From Chiloscyllium plagiosum (taxonomy: Eukaryota), in contig NC_057728.1 in assembly GCF_004010195.1 (NCBI RefSeq), forward strand, positions 45,169,419 to 45,233,418: DNA of 64,000 nt, read 5' to 3'. Of the stretch, positions 24,201 through 35,401 are shown piece by piece. The notes below the pieces were generated by a model. It did not search any database. It saw only the letters and a list, made by a program, of their open reading frames with translations, and was not told the DNA's origin. Position numbers and translations under genes: made by a program. Position 1 is the stretch's first letter, and every line of letters starts with the position of its first letter.

Positions 24201-27200
24201 GACAAAAGGGGTAGCCATGGGCACCCGCATGGGCCTCAGCNNNNNNNNNNNNNNNNNNNNNNNNNNNNNNNNNNNNNNNNNNNNNNNNNNNNNNNNNNNN
24301 NNNNNNNNNNNNNNNNNNNNNNNNNNNNNNNNNNNNNNNNNNGCCATATCTGCTCCCAGGAGGACCAGTTCCACCGCAGAACACACCAGATGGCCTCCTT
24401 CTTTAAAGACTGAAATTTCCCCTCCCAAGCTGTTGAAGATGCCCTCCAACGCATCTCATCCACGTCCCGCACCTCCGCCCTCAAACCCCACCCCTCCAAC
24501 CCCGTAACAAGGACAGAACCCCTGTGGTCCTCACCTTCCAACCCACCAACCTCCGCATAAATCACATCATCCGCCCACATTTCCACCACCTCCAAACGGA
24601 CCTCATCACCATGGATATATTTCCCTCCCCGACCCTATCCACTTTCCGCAAAGACCACTCCCTCCGTGACTACCTGGTCAGGTCCACACCCCCCAACAAT
24701 CCACCCTCCCCTCCTTGCACCTTCCCCTGCCACCGCAGGAATTGCAAAACCTGCGCCCACACCTCCTCCCTCACCACCATCCAAGGTCCCAAAGGAGCCT
24801 TCCACATCCATCAAAGTTTCACCTGCACTTTTACACATGTCGTTTATTGTATCAGTTGCTCTCGATGCAGTCTCGTCTACATTGGGGAGACTGGACACCT
24901 TCTCGCAGAGCGCTTCAGGGAACATCTCTGGGACACCCACACCAATCAACCCCAACGCCCCGTGGCTCAACATTTCAACTCCCCCTCCCACTCGGCCAAG
25001 GACATGCAGGTCCTGGGCCTTCTCCACCGTCACTCCCTCGTCACCCAACGCCTGGAGGAAGAACGCCTTATCTTCCATTCGGGACCCTTCAACCTCAGGG
25101 CATCAATGTGAACTTTACCAGTTTCCTCATTTCCCCTTCCCCCACCTTACTCCAGTTCCAACCTTCCAGCTCAGCACCATCCTCATGACCTTTCCTATCT
25201 GTCAATCTTGCTTCTCACCTATCCGCTCCACCCTCCTCTCTGACCTAACACTTTTTCCCACACCTCCATCCACCTATTGCTCTCTTAGCTACCTTCTCCC
25301 CAGCCCCACACCCTCCTCCCATTTATCTCTCTACCCCCGAGGCTCTCAGCCTCATTCCTGATAAAGGGCTCCGGCCTGAAACGTCAATTCTCTTGCTCCT
25401 TGGATGCTGCCTGACCTGCTGTGTTTTTCCAGCAACACACTCTCGACTCTGATCTCCAGCATCTGCAGACCTCATTTTCTCCTCTGCAATCACTAATAAA
25501 GCTGCATTGGTAACAACCTCCATTAGAACTGGGTGATTATTTAATCATATGTTTATTTTGATTGGTTATGATTTAGATGTTAATTTAACTGTTTGAAACC
25601 GGATTTCGATGGACTATCCAGTGTGTGCACTCTCCTGGATACAGCCTATGAGTTCTCTAACTCAATTAAAGCCGAGTGGAACACTTTTGCTATCTTAAGT
25701 CCACATACTAGCAGCAACCACAATGGCTGGCCTGGATCCTGAAGCAAATATTATCCGTTTGGCTGAGGCTTGGCCTTGTTTTGGGTTTTGCTGAGGGCTG
25801 ACTGAGAGACCCTCTGTTCAGCTATGCAGTTGCCTTCACTCAAGTGGTGTTCTCTGAACTTAATCAGCCTGGTGAAAGTGTTCATTTACATCGATATATC
25901 CTGTAACCCATATGTTCTACTTGCCAATGGCAAAGCCAGTTATAGTGCCTGTTTGAAATTCAAGTAATGCCTGGTTACATTATTAATCCCACATATCAAA
26001 CTGTCTCTCAGCATCTCATTAAGGAGTTAAACCAAAGTCACATGCCTCTATCTTAACCTCATCAGAAATCCTGACATGGATTCCCCTGGTTCCTGAACTG
26101 CCGAGTGAAACTGATAGCATCTCAGAATTTGAAGATGCTTGGGATTGTAATAATCCCTAACCAAATCCCTTTCATTCAGTATCTGGCTCCGCAGGAAATC
26201 TTAGGCTTCTAATAACCAAAATATCTGCAGGTTCACAAGCTGTTAGGAGAATTATTTGTTGTTTTTCATCTGCCCCAATGTCATTTGCCTGGAAAAAAAT
26301 AATGCATTCTTTCCATATTGAGCCCAATCTTCAACAGCAGGATTGAATGAGTCATGTTTCATAAAAAAATGGCACAATGCCAGAAATATTTACCCTAACT
26401 CAAAGATGACTGTTACAGGTAAATTTCTTCAGAAGCATATTTTTTTCTCTCATCACCACTGAAACAACTCCATGGAGGTTGGTATCCAGTCACAAAGTCA
26501 CCCTTCATTGACATTGCATAGTATTTGACACTGGTCTGGCTTCCACAAAGCCAGTTGTAAGAGTGAACTGAACCCTGGATGCACCTCCTTATATCTGTCA
26601 GCTAGAGCTCCCTTACTGGACCAGATTAACAGCCCCAATCATGGAACTCATAATCTTTGAGGTCCACCTGGCTGACCTCATTACAATCATTATAGTTTCC
26701 TGGATGTATGTTTGCTCGCTCAGCTGGAAGGTTCATTTTCAGATGTTTCATCATCATACTAGGTAACATCCTCAGTGAGCCTCCAGATGAAGCACTGCTT
26801 ATGTTTCCTGCTTTTTATTTATATGTTTGGGTGTTTCCTGCTTTCTATTTATATGTTTGGGTTTCCTTGGGTTATAACATATAAATAGAAAACAGGAAAC
26901 ACAAGCAGTGCTTCGTCCGGAGGCTCACTGAAGATGTTACATAGTATGGTGACGAAACATCTGAAAATGAACCTTCCACCTCAGCAAGCAAACATGCATC
27001 CAGAACCTCAACCTGAGCTACAAATCTTCTCAAAACTTGCTAACTATAGACTCCTCATCCAAACCATGCTTCAGAACACCACTGAGTTGCTGTGATCCAC
27101 AGGTCCTTAAAAACCTGCTTGTTTTCATGAAAATTGCAGAGTACTAGGACATGTCTATCTCCACAATGTGGGATAGCACTGTCATCTCCAAGCATAGGGC

Positions 27201-30200
27201 TGAATTATCTTAAGGCCAGGAGCCTTGTTTTCAGCTTGAAGATTGTGTCAGAGGCTGAACTCTAGAAGGCCTGCTCCCAGCATGTTTCATGAGGTGGAAA
27301 ATGGGGATTGGAAAACAAGGGGAGCTGAATGGTAATGGGTTCCATATTTTATATCCGTGATCCATGTGTAAATATGCCCACATAAAACCACAGCTGCCTC
27401 CATTGTGTGTGATGGAAAAGACACCTTGTGTAGATTAGATCAGGTAGGAACTGGTCTAAACTTTGTGCTATTCGTTTGTGTTCCCAGAAATCCTGCCATT
27501 AAGCAAAAACCCAAAGCTTCAGGACATTCCTTCCTAAATCGATTTGACCAGTTGTGCATTGCCCTGACTTGGTGTTCCCAAGTCAGGAGTAGAAAATCAG
27601 GTTATAATGTCTTTACAATACCAACATGTACATGTTATTGTGAAAAAGAGGTTCTACAGAAATGTTTTTTGCATTAATGCCAGGATGTTTTGAAGTATAT
27701 TGGACTTACCGGAATAAACATGCATTTCACTTCTTTTATACTTCCTATACATCCCACCAAACACGCAATGGCAACAGTATTACCAATGGCAAGGAAACAG
27801 TAAGCACTCATGCTTAGGATATCTTGATGGTCTGCAGGCACTGAACAGTTGAGAAAACAATAAATGCAGAAACTCAGAATATGTTTCTGCATTGTTCAAA
27901 TTGTATCAAATATCTAGTGAAATAAAACTTCAACCATTATTATAAACTATTATTGACAAGTTTCAAACAAACTAGACTTTTAAACTCTGATTTTTTAAAA
28001 GTTAACATTCATATTAGAATGTTAGAGTAGTAAAACAAATACATAGATAAATTTTCAGCAAACAACATCATTGACTGTTGTCAGCTCAGAAATTTCTAAT
28101 ATAATCATACTAACTGTTTAATAACATGAACAGAAAGGACTACTTGATCAGCAATTATTACTTAGCTACATACTACAGTCAGAAATATACAGTACTTTTT
28201 GGAGTAGTACTCTTCATATTTTTTACTTTGGTTTTATTTAGTAGTTGCTGCTTATCAGGTTGCTGCTTGTCACAAAATCATATTTAAAAATACTGTTGGA
28301 ATGGTGCGTAATTACAATGTAGAAGTAGTCCTCTTCTATTCTTTTTTATATTTGCATTAGATTTTTTTTGTGCTGATCCAACATTGTTGGAGTACATTCA
28401 TGTAGATTTGTTGTGAGTTGAGGAGTAAATACATTATTTCAATGTTGTGAGTGGAGCAACAATAAAATATGCTTCCAAACAGATAAACAGACAAATCTCT
28501 GTATTTTTAATAACATTAAACCCAATGAGTAAAAGCCAAACAGTAAAACATTGGCAGTATATGTTTTATAACTTATGCATTTATCTTTTCTACTCAATGC
28601 ATTATTTAACTTGTCAGTCCTTTAATGCCACATGTGTGGGATGCAAATTCTTTTGGGATTCTCTTCCACATGACAGTGATCTGACAGCTCAGACGTTTTG
28701 CTTTTACTTTCAACTACTTGGGTAGTTCCATTTTGGCCACCTTCCCTGAACGTCTCCACTTTGATCTCATCCAATTTCAGGTGAGATCATAGAAGAAAAT
28801 GAAACCTAATGGTCATTTCTTTTCCAGTGACTTTCATATAAACTCAGAATTATGCTAATGTTGTTAATACAGATCTATGATGGATGTTACTTCATGTCCA
28901 TATATCATTTTGTTTTATTATTGACAGCATATATTTTGGAATGTTGAGATCGAGAACATAACGTCTTTGGGTCCATGGTATTTCACCTTTTCCTGTTTGT
29001 AATTTTTCATGAATATAGCAATAAACTAAACTATAATTGAAGTATGGGTAAATATCTTACACTTAATTGCAGTCAATTGTTTTAGTATAAATATTGCTAC
29101 TGTCAAACAAGAAGCTGTTAAAGGCTTTATCTCTTCTAATTTTCTCTCATCTGTAAATTAATTTTCTCCAGTGTCGTATGTACAGTTACAAAAAGTACTC
29201 ACATAGTGTGCCAATAAAGCTGTTCTCATCCCATAAGATCCAAATGCCACATCCAAAAATGATTGCTCCAATAATCTGGAAAAAGGTATACAGTGGAACA
29301 TGTCAAAGCAAAAATATCAGGAGAAGCTTTGTGATTTATTTTGTGGAGGTCTATAGAATGACTTAGTTGCACTTGTCTGTAAAATTGTCTTTACTCTTTT
29401 CACTCAAATGAACATAAGAAGCTCAAAGACACTTTTTTAAAAAAAGAAATAGACACGACATCTCCTTTACTCTTTTGTTTTCATTTTTTTCCTTCTCCTA
29501 CAAGAACAAAAATAGATGAATTATTTTTCTCCGAACAAGCTGGGAAATAGAAGCATTTAAAGCAGAGGATCAACCATATTTACTTAGGTAGTCTAGTATT
29601 ACGGTTTGATGTATCCTGGCAACCAGAGCACAAAGCATAATGATTCATGAGATTGGAATTTATTAATGCATTGGAAATGGTCATTAAATAGGAAGTGAAG
29701 GAACATTTAAGCATAAGTAATCTTAATATTTTATTTGACATGATGATGAGGATTATCAACAAGAATATTATAAATCAAGCAATGGACTTCAGAAGAGCAC
29801 TTTTTTATCAAGCAGGAGAAGCTATAAAATATTTGTTTTGAAATTATAGGCTGAAATGGTTTATGTTTGGAGACATGAAGGATCCAGATGAAATCCATGC
29901 CACTTTTGGAACCATTAGATAATATCTATTAATGTCAAAACGACTCAGAACATAAATAAAAGCATAAAGCAAATGCAAAAGGAATTTTACACAATGTAGA
30001 GTGTACAGAAATTAAATAAATCAAGTTCATGAAGGCAGTTAACAAGGGCTACTGAGACGAAGAGTGGAAGTTTATTAAATAAACTGAAATTCATAAAGGA
30101 CACTAGAAAGAAAGGTTTTTTTGTTGTGCTTGTACCAGTTCAAAAAGGCACAGCTGGCACACTGATCACAAAAAAAATCAGTACATTCAATTTCCAAATG

Positions 30201-33200
30201 TATGGTGCTAGATCCTTAAAACATGTTGATATATTGTGACAAAAAGAAAATGTATAAATTAAATTAAAAATATTGAAAACCATGTAAAACATAAGCTGCT
30301 GAAAACAGATAAGCAATAAGATGCAATTTTGTAATACATCGCAAGATCATTGAAGAGTTAATGATAGGACAAAGAACTTGGCAAATATATTTAAGCGCTC
30401 ACTGAGTCTTGGGAAATACCCAAGCATTGGACGTTGGCCAAGATTCATGTGGAACTTTGATAAAGTTTTCAATATGACTGTGGAAATTCTAAGTTAGTAA
30501 GCCTGACAAATTGAGAAGCCACTGAGATGCTATGACTTTAAAAGATGTATTTTGTCCTTTTTTATGAAGGTTGAGACAGAGATACTGAGCAGTCTATTCA
30601 AAGCCAATAAAATAACAGCTTGTGAGGCTGGGGGCTTTTTTTCAAAGTTGGAACAATAGAAGCAGCCTGAATGGGTGGGGTCAAGGTCTCAAAGAACTAG
30701 GATTTTTAATTTTAGCTTTCTGTTCTTGCTGGGGTCATGAAGCTGGATGCAACACTTTTATTCCTCTGTTAGAGCTAAAATTTGGAGTTCTCTTCCTACT
30801 GCTAGAATTGCATATGAGACAATCTACTTTGCAGAATTTTCCTTTGCTAAGGGTGTGTTTATGGGCTGTTACTATAATGGAACAGTTAGTTAGTAGTTAA
30901 TATATCTATTAATTTATTAAGCAATTCAATAGAGTTACAGTTAAGTCAATTATTTTCTTTTTGTTTTATTTTGTCTATATTTTAACTGTAGACTAAAAAT
31001 AAAGTGTGTTTTACTTACTGTCAAGTAGTTTGACCAATCTAATTGCATTTGGAACACAACACTTATACTTGCCTTTACATTAAAAACATGTTACAATCTA
31101 GACTATCTTCGTAAAATATGTCGAGAAGGTTTGGACTGGTCCATTATACATTGGGGCTCTTTTCAGAATCAAAATCTTTAATTCCAGGATGAGTTTAGGA
31201 TTTTGGACTCAAAGGCAGCCAGTAGTGAGTAATGATGTTTTGTATTTTGGGTGTTGAATTCAGATAGTTTAAACAGGGTATGCCTTGTGTAAATGGCTCT
31301 TTCACTTTCTAAGAGTTTCCTGGGGGTGGAAGATGTTACTTCAGTTCTTACAGAGAAAGTGAGCAAGGCACAGCTTTTGGAATTGACAGACAAGTTGAGG
31401 TTGTGGTTGCCTGTGTCTGTGAGGGAAGGGGAAATAATTGCAGCAATAGCTCTGCATTTACAATATGCCAGGAATGCAATCAGAATCATTGGAGATTGCT
31501 AAACTTCAATTGCAAATGAAGCAGCTTGAATTAGATGCAATGGTGAGGGGAAAAGGAAAAAAAGAAACAATAGCCTTGGCAGAACAAAAAGAAAGAGAAA
31601 GGGAAATAAAAAATTAAATTGCAATTAAAAGTAGAGGAAAAAGAAAAGGAAAGGATGGCTCCCAGAAGGAAGGGAGAAAGAGAGACTCTCTGAACTTGAG
31701 AGGTTGGAACTGAAAACTCCAAGTCAATTTAAAAAGACTGAAGTTGAGCTGAAAGGTTGGAGTAGTGATTGAGGATAGTGACGGAAAGCAATCCTATCAT
31801 AGCCAAAGGCCAAAGTTCAACGAGAAGGATGTAGAAGCCTTTTTCATTTTATTTGAGAAAGTGGCTAAACAAATGATATGGCCTGTAATCCTGTGGGAAT
31901 TACTGATCCAAACAAAGTGGGTAGATAGAACTAGTGAGGTATTTGCATTAATGAGGTATTTGCATCTCTATCAGAGGAGGTATCTGGAGAGTGTAATGAG
32001 ATGGAAAATGCCATCTTAACTCCGTATGAGCTAGTGCCTGAAGCCAAAACAACTTTTAGCAATCTATGGAGAGAACCTTGTTAAAAGAATATTGAGTTTT
32101 GAAAGGATCAAACAAACTAATTTTGATAGGTGGATAAGGGCATTGAAAATAGATCAAACATATGTTGGTCTTCGAGAGACAATTATTTTGGAGGAGTTCA
32201 AAAATTCACTTCCTGAAGTAATGATAGTTCATGTGGAAGAGCAGAGAGTTAAGATGGCAAGATTAACAGAGAAATGGCAGATGATTATGAGTTGGTTCAT
32301 AAATCAATGTTTGGCTTCGAACATCAATTTAAATTTGTGAGGGGTAGAAATTAGGACAAAGAGAAATCCTCAGGTGGTAAGAGAAAAGGTGAACTCGTTG
32401 AAGAGAGGAAAGATAGTTTTCCACAGGACAAAAAGGAAACTGATGCAGGGAAAAGAGAAGTAAAAAAGCTCAGGTGTTTTCACTAATAAAGTGGGCCACA
32501 TGAACTTGCAGTGTTGCTGGGTTAGAAAAAGCACTGGGAAGATGGATTTGGGAAAACAAAATAAGCCAGTGAGATTTGTTAAAGTGTTAAAGGAAAGCAT
32601 AGTGGAAACTGAAAAGCTGCAAACGAATGTACAATCTTGGTTGAGAAGTAAATGCCAGATCTCTTTAAAGAATTTACTTGCATGGCTAAGGATTAATCAT
32701 ATATGTCAGGAGGAGTAGATGAAGAAATTACATTTTTAAGAGATATGGGAGCAAGTGAATCTATGATGGTGAGAAATGAGGAAATATATAATTTAGAAGG
32801 ACTATTGCCAGAAAAGATGGTACTACATGGAATTCATGGTGAGGACTACAATGTTTCATTATCTAAGGTGAGATTCTGGTGAAAGTGGGGAAGTGGTGGT
32901 GGGACTAAGGGAGTTATAGATACACTGAACAATCCCATTTGCTTGCACTTGGCCCTTATCCCTCTAAACCTTCCCTAGTCACATATCCTGGATAAGTGTT
33001 AAAGAAAGCACTGATTCGACACTGACCTCCCCCACACATGATCCTCATGAATCCATCACCCAATGGACTGAAACACATCCCACCTTCCCAAGGTCCAACT
33101 CTGACAGCACTGGACCTAATACCCACCCAACTTTCCACAGCCGGCCCTGACTGCACTGAACTCAACACGCAGCCCCACAAACTATACATCCACAAGACCT

Positions 33201-34922
33201 TTCCATGACCCTGCCCTGACATGAATGTAATGGGCCTAACATCCATTCCACTTTCCCATCGCCCTGCTCTGACTTGGCTGGAAAATCAGGCAACTTAGGT
33301 GTTACAGGAAGCATATCCTGGGATTTTTCCTGACTGTGAGGTAACAAGGTCTCAAAGCCATGGGATGAAATAGGAGGAGAAATCAAGGATTAAAGATAAT
33401 TCAATTATCAGAAACGATGTTTGCTCAAAAATTGAGAAAAAAATAAGAACAGGTGAAGGATAAACTGGATATTTTTAGTTCAGAGAAATTAGCTGAATTC
33501 CACCAGAAAGAGGAAAAGCTAAAGGAAAAACAGAAGAAGAATCTGAGTGTACCCCAGTATTTTACTATTTAAAAATTAAATCTTGATGAGGAAATAGAGA
33601 ACATAACATATTCAGGTGGATGAGAAGTGGGCAAAAGATTATCAAGTTGTATTACTAATGAAGTATAGAAAGGAGGTATTGTGGGTCGCACATAATCTCA
33701 AACACTTACGTTTAAAATAAGAAAACACTTCGGCTCTAGACTATCTTCTTAATATATGTTGAGGGAATTTGGTCTGGTCCATAACAATGGTGAAGAATAT
33801 AACCTGGCTGACCACCACCAAACTGCCTCTCTAAGATCAAAAGTTTGAGGAAGAATTGGTCCAGATATTAAAATGGTGAGGAATGAGCAAAAGTAGACAC
33901 TATAAGCTAATGAGTTTGTGGTGAAACGAACACAAAGACATTGCATCGGGATGCAAGAGTATGGCAGTTGGAATATAAGTTGTGAAGTGAAAAGTAGAAA
34001 AGCAGAATATTTTTAAATTATGGAAAATATGAAGATCTGGGTAATCAGAGGATCTGATGTTCTTGTAAATGTAAAAGATTAGGGCATATTTGTTAAGGGT
34101 GCCACTTTATTGCTTTTTTTTTTGTAGTTTTACAGTTTGTATGTTACAAACGAAATAGGCACCAACATCTCAGGACTCGCTCTATGGACACTGATCATAT
34201 GCACCCCATGCCCATTGACTTTAGCATTAAAATATGACAGCCTGTAACAACTCTCATGGCATATCTCTGATCCACTTACAGGATGTTTCTGCACTTCAGT
34301 GAACTTCTGCACCTTGGAATGCACTGGCAACGGTCATTTGTAACACCACTGTCAGGATACTCTGTGCTGAGGGACATGTACTCAGCTCATGGACTGTATT
34401 AGGCTGCATCTCCAGGGTTTTCACTTGCTCTCGTAGTGCACACTCACTTGGAGCCCATCTGGATACTGACAGCATCCTGCTGTGTATTGCCTCACCTTGC
34501 CTTTCAGCAGGGTACCAACCTCCGCCTATCTGTTTGTCTGGAGCAAATGTCAGGAACAATGGAGGGGAGCTCCAGACTGAATGCACTTGGCTGGGGTACA
34601 TAACAGATGTTTAATGATGGCACAGGCACAAGGGATGCCAATAAATTCTGGGATGTCTGTTAGTGGCGCATTCTTCTGGGAAAGGTGTGTCAGTAAGATG
34701 GGGTCAGAATCAGACATAAAAGACACCATCAAGGCAGGGTCGGTATTAATTCAGTAGGTTTGGTAAGATATAGCAAGAGAATGCGAGAATATCGATGTAT
34801 CGATATTGCCTCATATCTCTTCTGAAGCTGTGAATGTCCACAAACAGTATACTTACAAGAAAGATTCCATTAAAAATGTTCAAGAGGTATTTGAGGATTT
34901 TTATCTTCACATCATTTTTCAT
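6151..34922 (-). CDS. TSPAN19: Tetraspanin-19-like (CD82/CD37/CD53 group), 8 coding exons, 249 aa: join(34857-34922, 29203-29275, 27710-27840, 18112-18186, 16268-16375, 12950-13099, 9775-9858, 6151-6213)
   Basis: Spliced translation: MKNDVKIKILKYLLNIFNGIFLIIGAIIFGCGIWILWDENSFIGTLLPADHQDILSMSAYCFLAIGNTVAIACLVGCIGSIKEVKCMFIPYFLFLILIFILQLSIGLAILSQYSHIVTVLDKQTIEVIKHYGNDSFSKELKWNFMDVIQKEFQCCGYYNSTDWEQDDLILSTSLPCSCSNFTVDDSTFFCTINESSYIYPQGCRTQIKQWLNSNISTVLVAAAVLLLIQVLQFIMAVYLFKSIKKKENY*. It has four TM segments, CCG and PCSC motifs and a 6-Cys EC2. All introns are GT-AG with matching phases, and the 73/75/84-nt exons are typical of this tetraspanin group. The N-terminus resembles human TSPAN19 (KYFLNLINGAFL, from memory). 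Confidence 0.88.
6600..7395 (+). mobile_element. Degenerate RTE LINE 3' fragment with a small Penelope-type remnant (~6895-6990)
   Basis: ADIDNDTQQCCQCVSTIFGYLLRRMF resembles the RTE C-terminus; its 3' end resembles the copy at 62.7-63.2 kb. Confidence 0.55.
8775..9000 (-). mobile_element. HE1-type (V-SINE) tRNA-derived SINE, degenerate
   Basis: Reverse complement of the SINE copies at 12.4 and 17.0 kb. Confidence 0.7.
9775..9858 (-). CDS. TSPAN19: TSPAN19 coding exon 7 (GCRTQIKQWLNSNISTVLVAAAVLLLIQ), 84 nt
   Basis: cttgccttatag| ... CAG|gtaaat; GC...W motif before TM4. Confidence 0.93.
9909..10084. mobile_element. Tc1/mariner (pogo/Tigger-like) MITE with TA TSD
   Basis: TA|CAGGCAACCTCAATTATCTGAAC ... 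GTTCGGATAATCAAGGTTGTCCTG|TA; lies 50 bp from the TSPAN19 exon 7 acceptor. Confidence 0.75.
11953..12157. mobile_element. Tigger-like MITE
   Basis: Imperfect TIRs CAGTTGGTTCTGCTATAA / TTATATCGGAACTGGCTG followed by TA. Confidence 0.55.
12391..12722 (+). mobile_element. HE1-type SINE
   Basis: tRNA-like head with A/B boxes, central V-SINE-like core, CR1-like tail (ggcctatttccacactgta). Confidence 0.8.
12950..13099 (-). CDS. TSPAN19: TSPAN19 coding exon 6 (FQCCG...PCSC...FC), 150 nt
   Basis: tttttgtatcctag| ... CAG|gtaagg; CCG tetraspanin signature. Confidence 0.95.
13322..13912 (-). mobile_element. CR1 LINE 3' end
   Basis: ORFs 13707-13901 (LEYC.QFW.P, LERVQKRFTRMLPGL) and 13455-13670; ctatgact-type tail. 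Confidence 0.9.
14040..15778 (+). mobile_element. Tx1/L1-clade LINE 3' fragment with poly(A), split by a Penelope-derived insertion
   Basis: zf-RVT-like remnant (SELSNKHQGIAWLVVRRAL ... ETVTHL); ends atgaataaagtatatttttgaaacaaaaaa. Confidence 0.65.
14633..15464. mobile_element. Penelope-derived insertion with inverted terminal repeats
   Basis: 16-bp TSD CTGGCACATT(T/C)TATGT at 14617-14632 and 15465-15480; both ends match the Penelope terminal repeat in opposite orientation. Confidence 0.75.
16268..16375 (-). CDS. TSPAN19: TSPAN19 coding exon 5 (EC2 helices, ...KWNFMDVIQKE), 108 nt
   Basis: ttttaacag| ... GAG|gtaagt. Confidence 0.92.
17001..17312 (+). mobile_element. HE1-type SINE
   Basis: GTGGCTCAGTGGTTAGCAC...GGTTCAATTCC head; same core and tail as other copies. 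Confidence 0.82.
18112..18186 (-). CDS. TSPAN19: TSPAN19 coding exon 4 (TM3, YFLFLILIFILQLSIGLAILSQYSH), 75 nt
   Basis: tttttattttcag| ... |gtatgt; hydrophobic with the conserved polar Q. Confidence 0.92.
21569..22102 (-). mobile_element. Penelope-like 3' fragment (GIY-YIG end plus terminal repeat) with intact hammerhead motif
   Basis: ORF 21814-21999 EEERLIFRLGTLQPQGMN; TSD AGGCTGATGATA at 21557-21568 and 22103-22114. Confidence 0.88.
22866..25482 (+). mobile_element. Penelope-like element (RT + GIY-YIG endonuclease), with an inverted terminal-repeat copy at the 5' end
   Basis: IKPADKGGAVV, FYLLPKIH, QTKGVAMGTRMG, VVYCISCSRC..YIGETG..L.ERF.EH; TSD TCTGCAATCACT at 22854-22865 and 25483-25494. 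Confidence 0.92.
24241..24342. other. Assembly gap (N run)
   Basis: 102 consecutive Ns. Confidence 0.99.
26698..27040. mobile_element. Fold-back element of a second Penelope-type terminal-repeat family, with hammerhead-like motifs in both arms
   Basis: Inverted arms of roughly 125 bp (~26700-26826 vs ~26876-27003); CTGAAGA-TGTTAC...GTGAC-GAAACATC at 26925-26964. Confidence 0.7.
27710..27840 (-). CDS. TSPAN19: TSPAN19 coding exon 3 (TM2, GCIGSIKEVKC), 131 nt
   Basis: ttttctcaactgttcag| ... CCG|gtaagt; overlaps ORF 27674-27892; an alternative in-frame acceptor 9 nt downstream is possible. Confidence 0.9.
29203..29275 (-). CDS. TSPAN19: TSPAN19 coding exon 2 (IIGAIIFGCGIWILWDENSFIGTL), 73 nt
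   Basis: cctttttccag| ... |gtgagt; end of TM1 with GxW motif. Confidence 0.92.
30523..33785 (+). mobile_element. Gmr1-like Gypsy element: 5' LTR 30523-31150, PBS, decayed SCAN-type gag/protease, large deletion, partial 3' LTR
   Basis: PKFNEKDVEAFFILFEKVAKQMIWP; FDRWIRALKI...LEEFKNSLP; PBS TTGGGGCTC; the LTR end (tggtccataaca) recurs at 33785. Confidence 0.8.
34857..34922 (-). CDS. TSPAN19: TSPAN19 coding exon 1 (MKNDVKIKILKYLLNIFNGIFL); exon extends to 34962 as 5'UTR
   Basis: Acceptor cttacttacag at 34963, in-frame TAA upstream of the ATG (34922-34920), donor CTT|gtaagt. Confidence 0.88.
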
Positions 34923-35401
34923 TTTCCTTGCTTTTTATATTTCACTGGTTTTCAAAATGTCCCTGTAAGTAAGCAGATATAGGAACAAAGCAATGTAAGA
35001 CCATTATAACATACACATTAGCCCTTTAAGCCTGATATTCCTTTCAACTAAAGCACGTTTGATTTGTACCATGACTGTACTTTTGTTTCTCATGTCTCCA
35101 TATCCTTAAATAATACAAGTCCTTTGATTTTAGGTTAAGTTAGGGTGAGAGGAAAGTGAATAATTGGATGAGAGCACAATAAAGTAATTCAACTCCATTT
35201 TAAAGTTGTAGGCCCTGATACTTTTAATAATGATATCACCAGCAGTGAAGTAACTGTACATTTCACTGTAAAGATCCATCTTTACCTCTTTCTAAATTAC
35301 AAGATTAGGTAATTCGATACAGAAAGAAAAACAGAGAGTCTTAAATCCAAGCTGCAATCATTCACATGTGTTGGTGGTGGAAAATGTTAGTGAGCAAAGT
35401 T

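Larger units (their letters stand above)
19400..26685 (-). mobile_element. Decayed Ty3/Gypsy LTR retrotransposon (5' LTR 26460-26685, PBS, gag, PR, RT, RNase H, IN) in a TSPAN19 intron, with two nested Penelope insertions
   Basis: IFQWIMENILQGLPQVAIYLDDVL (RT), YLGYRVD/RSFLGLLNY, FVIVTDHK (RNase H), WEWPGKSW (IN); LTR TGTAATGAGG...GTTGTTTCA then TGGTGATGAG; 3' LTR not found. Confidence 0.85.

Noticed and set aside
22925..25390. Hammerhead motifs in the termini of the large Penelope element (and at ~15350)
   Set aside because: Core or stem mutations (GAAA to AAAA, CUGAUAA, broken stem II) make them likely inactive.
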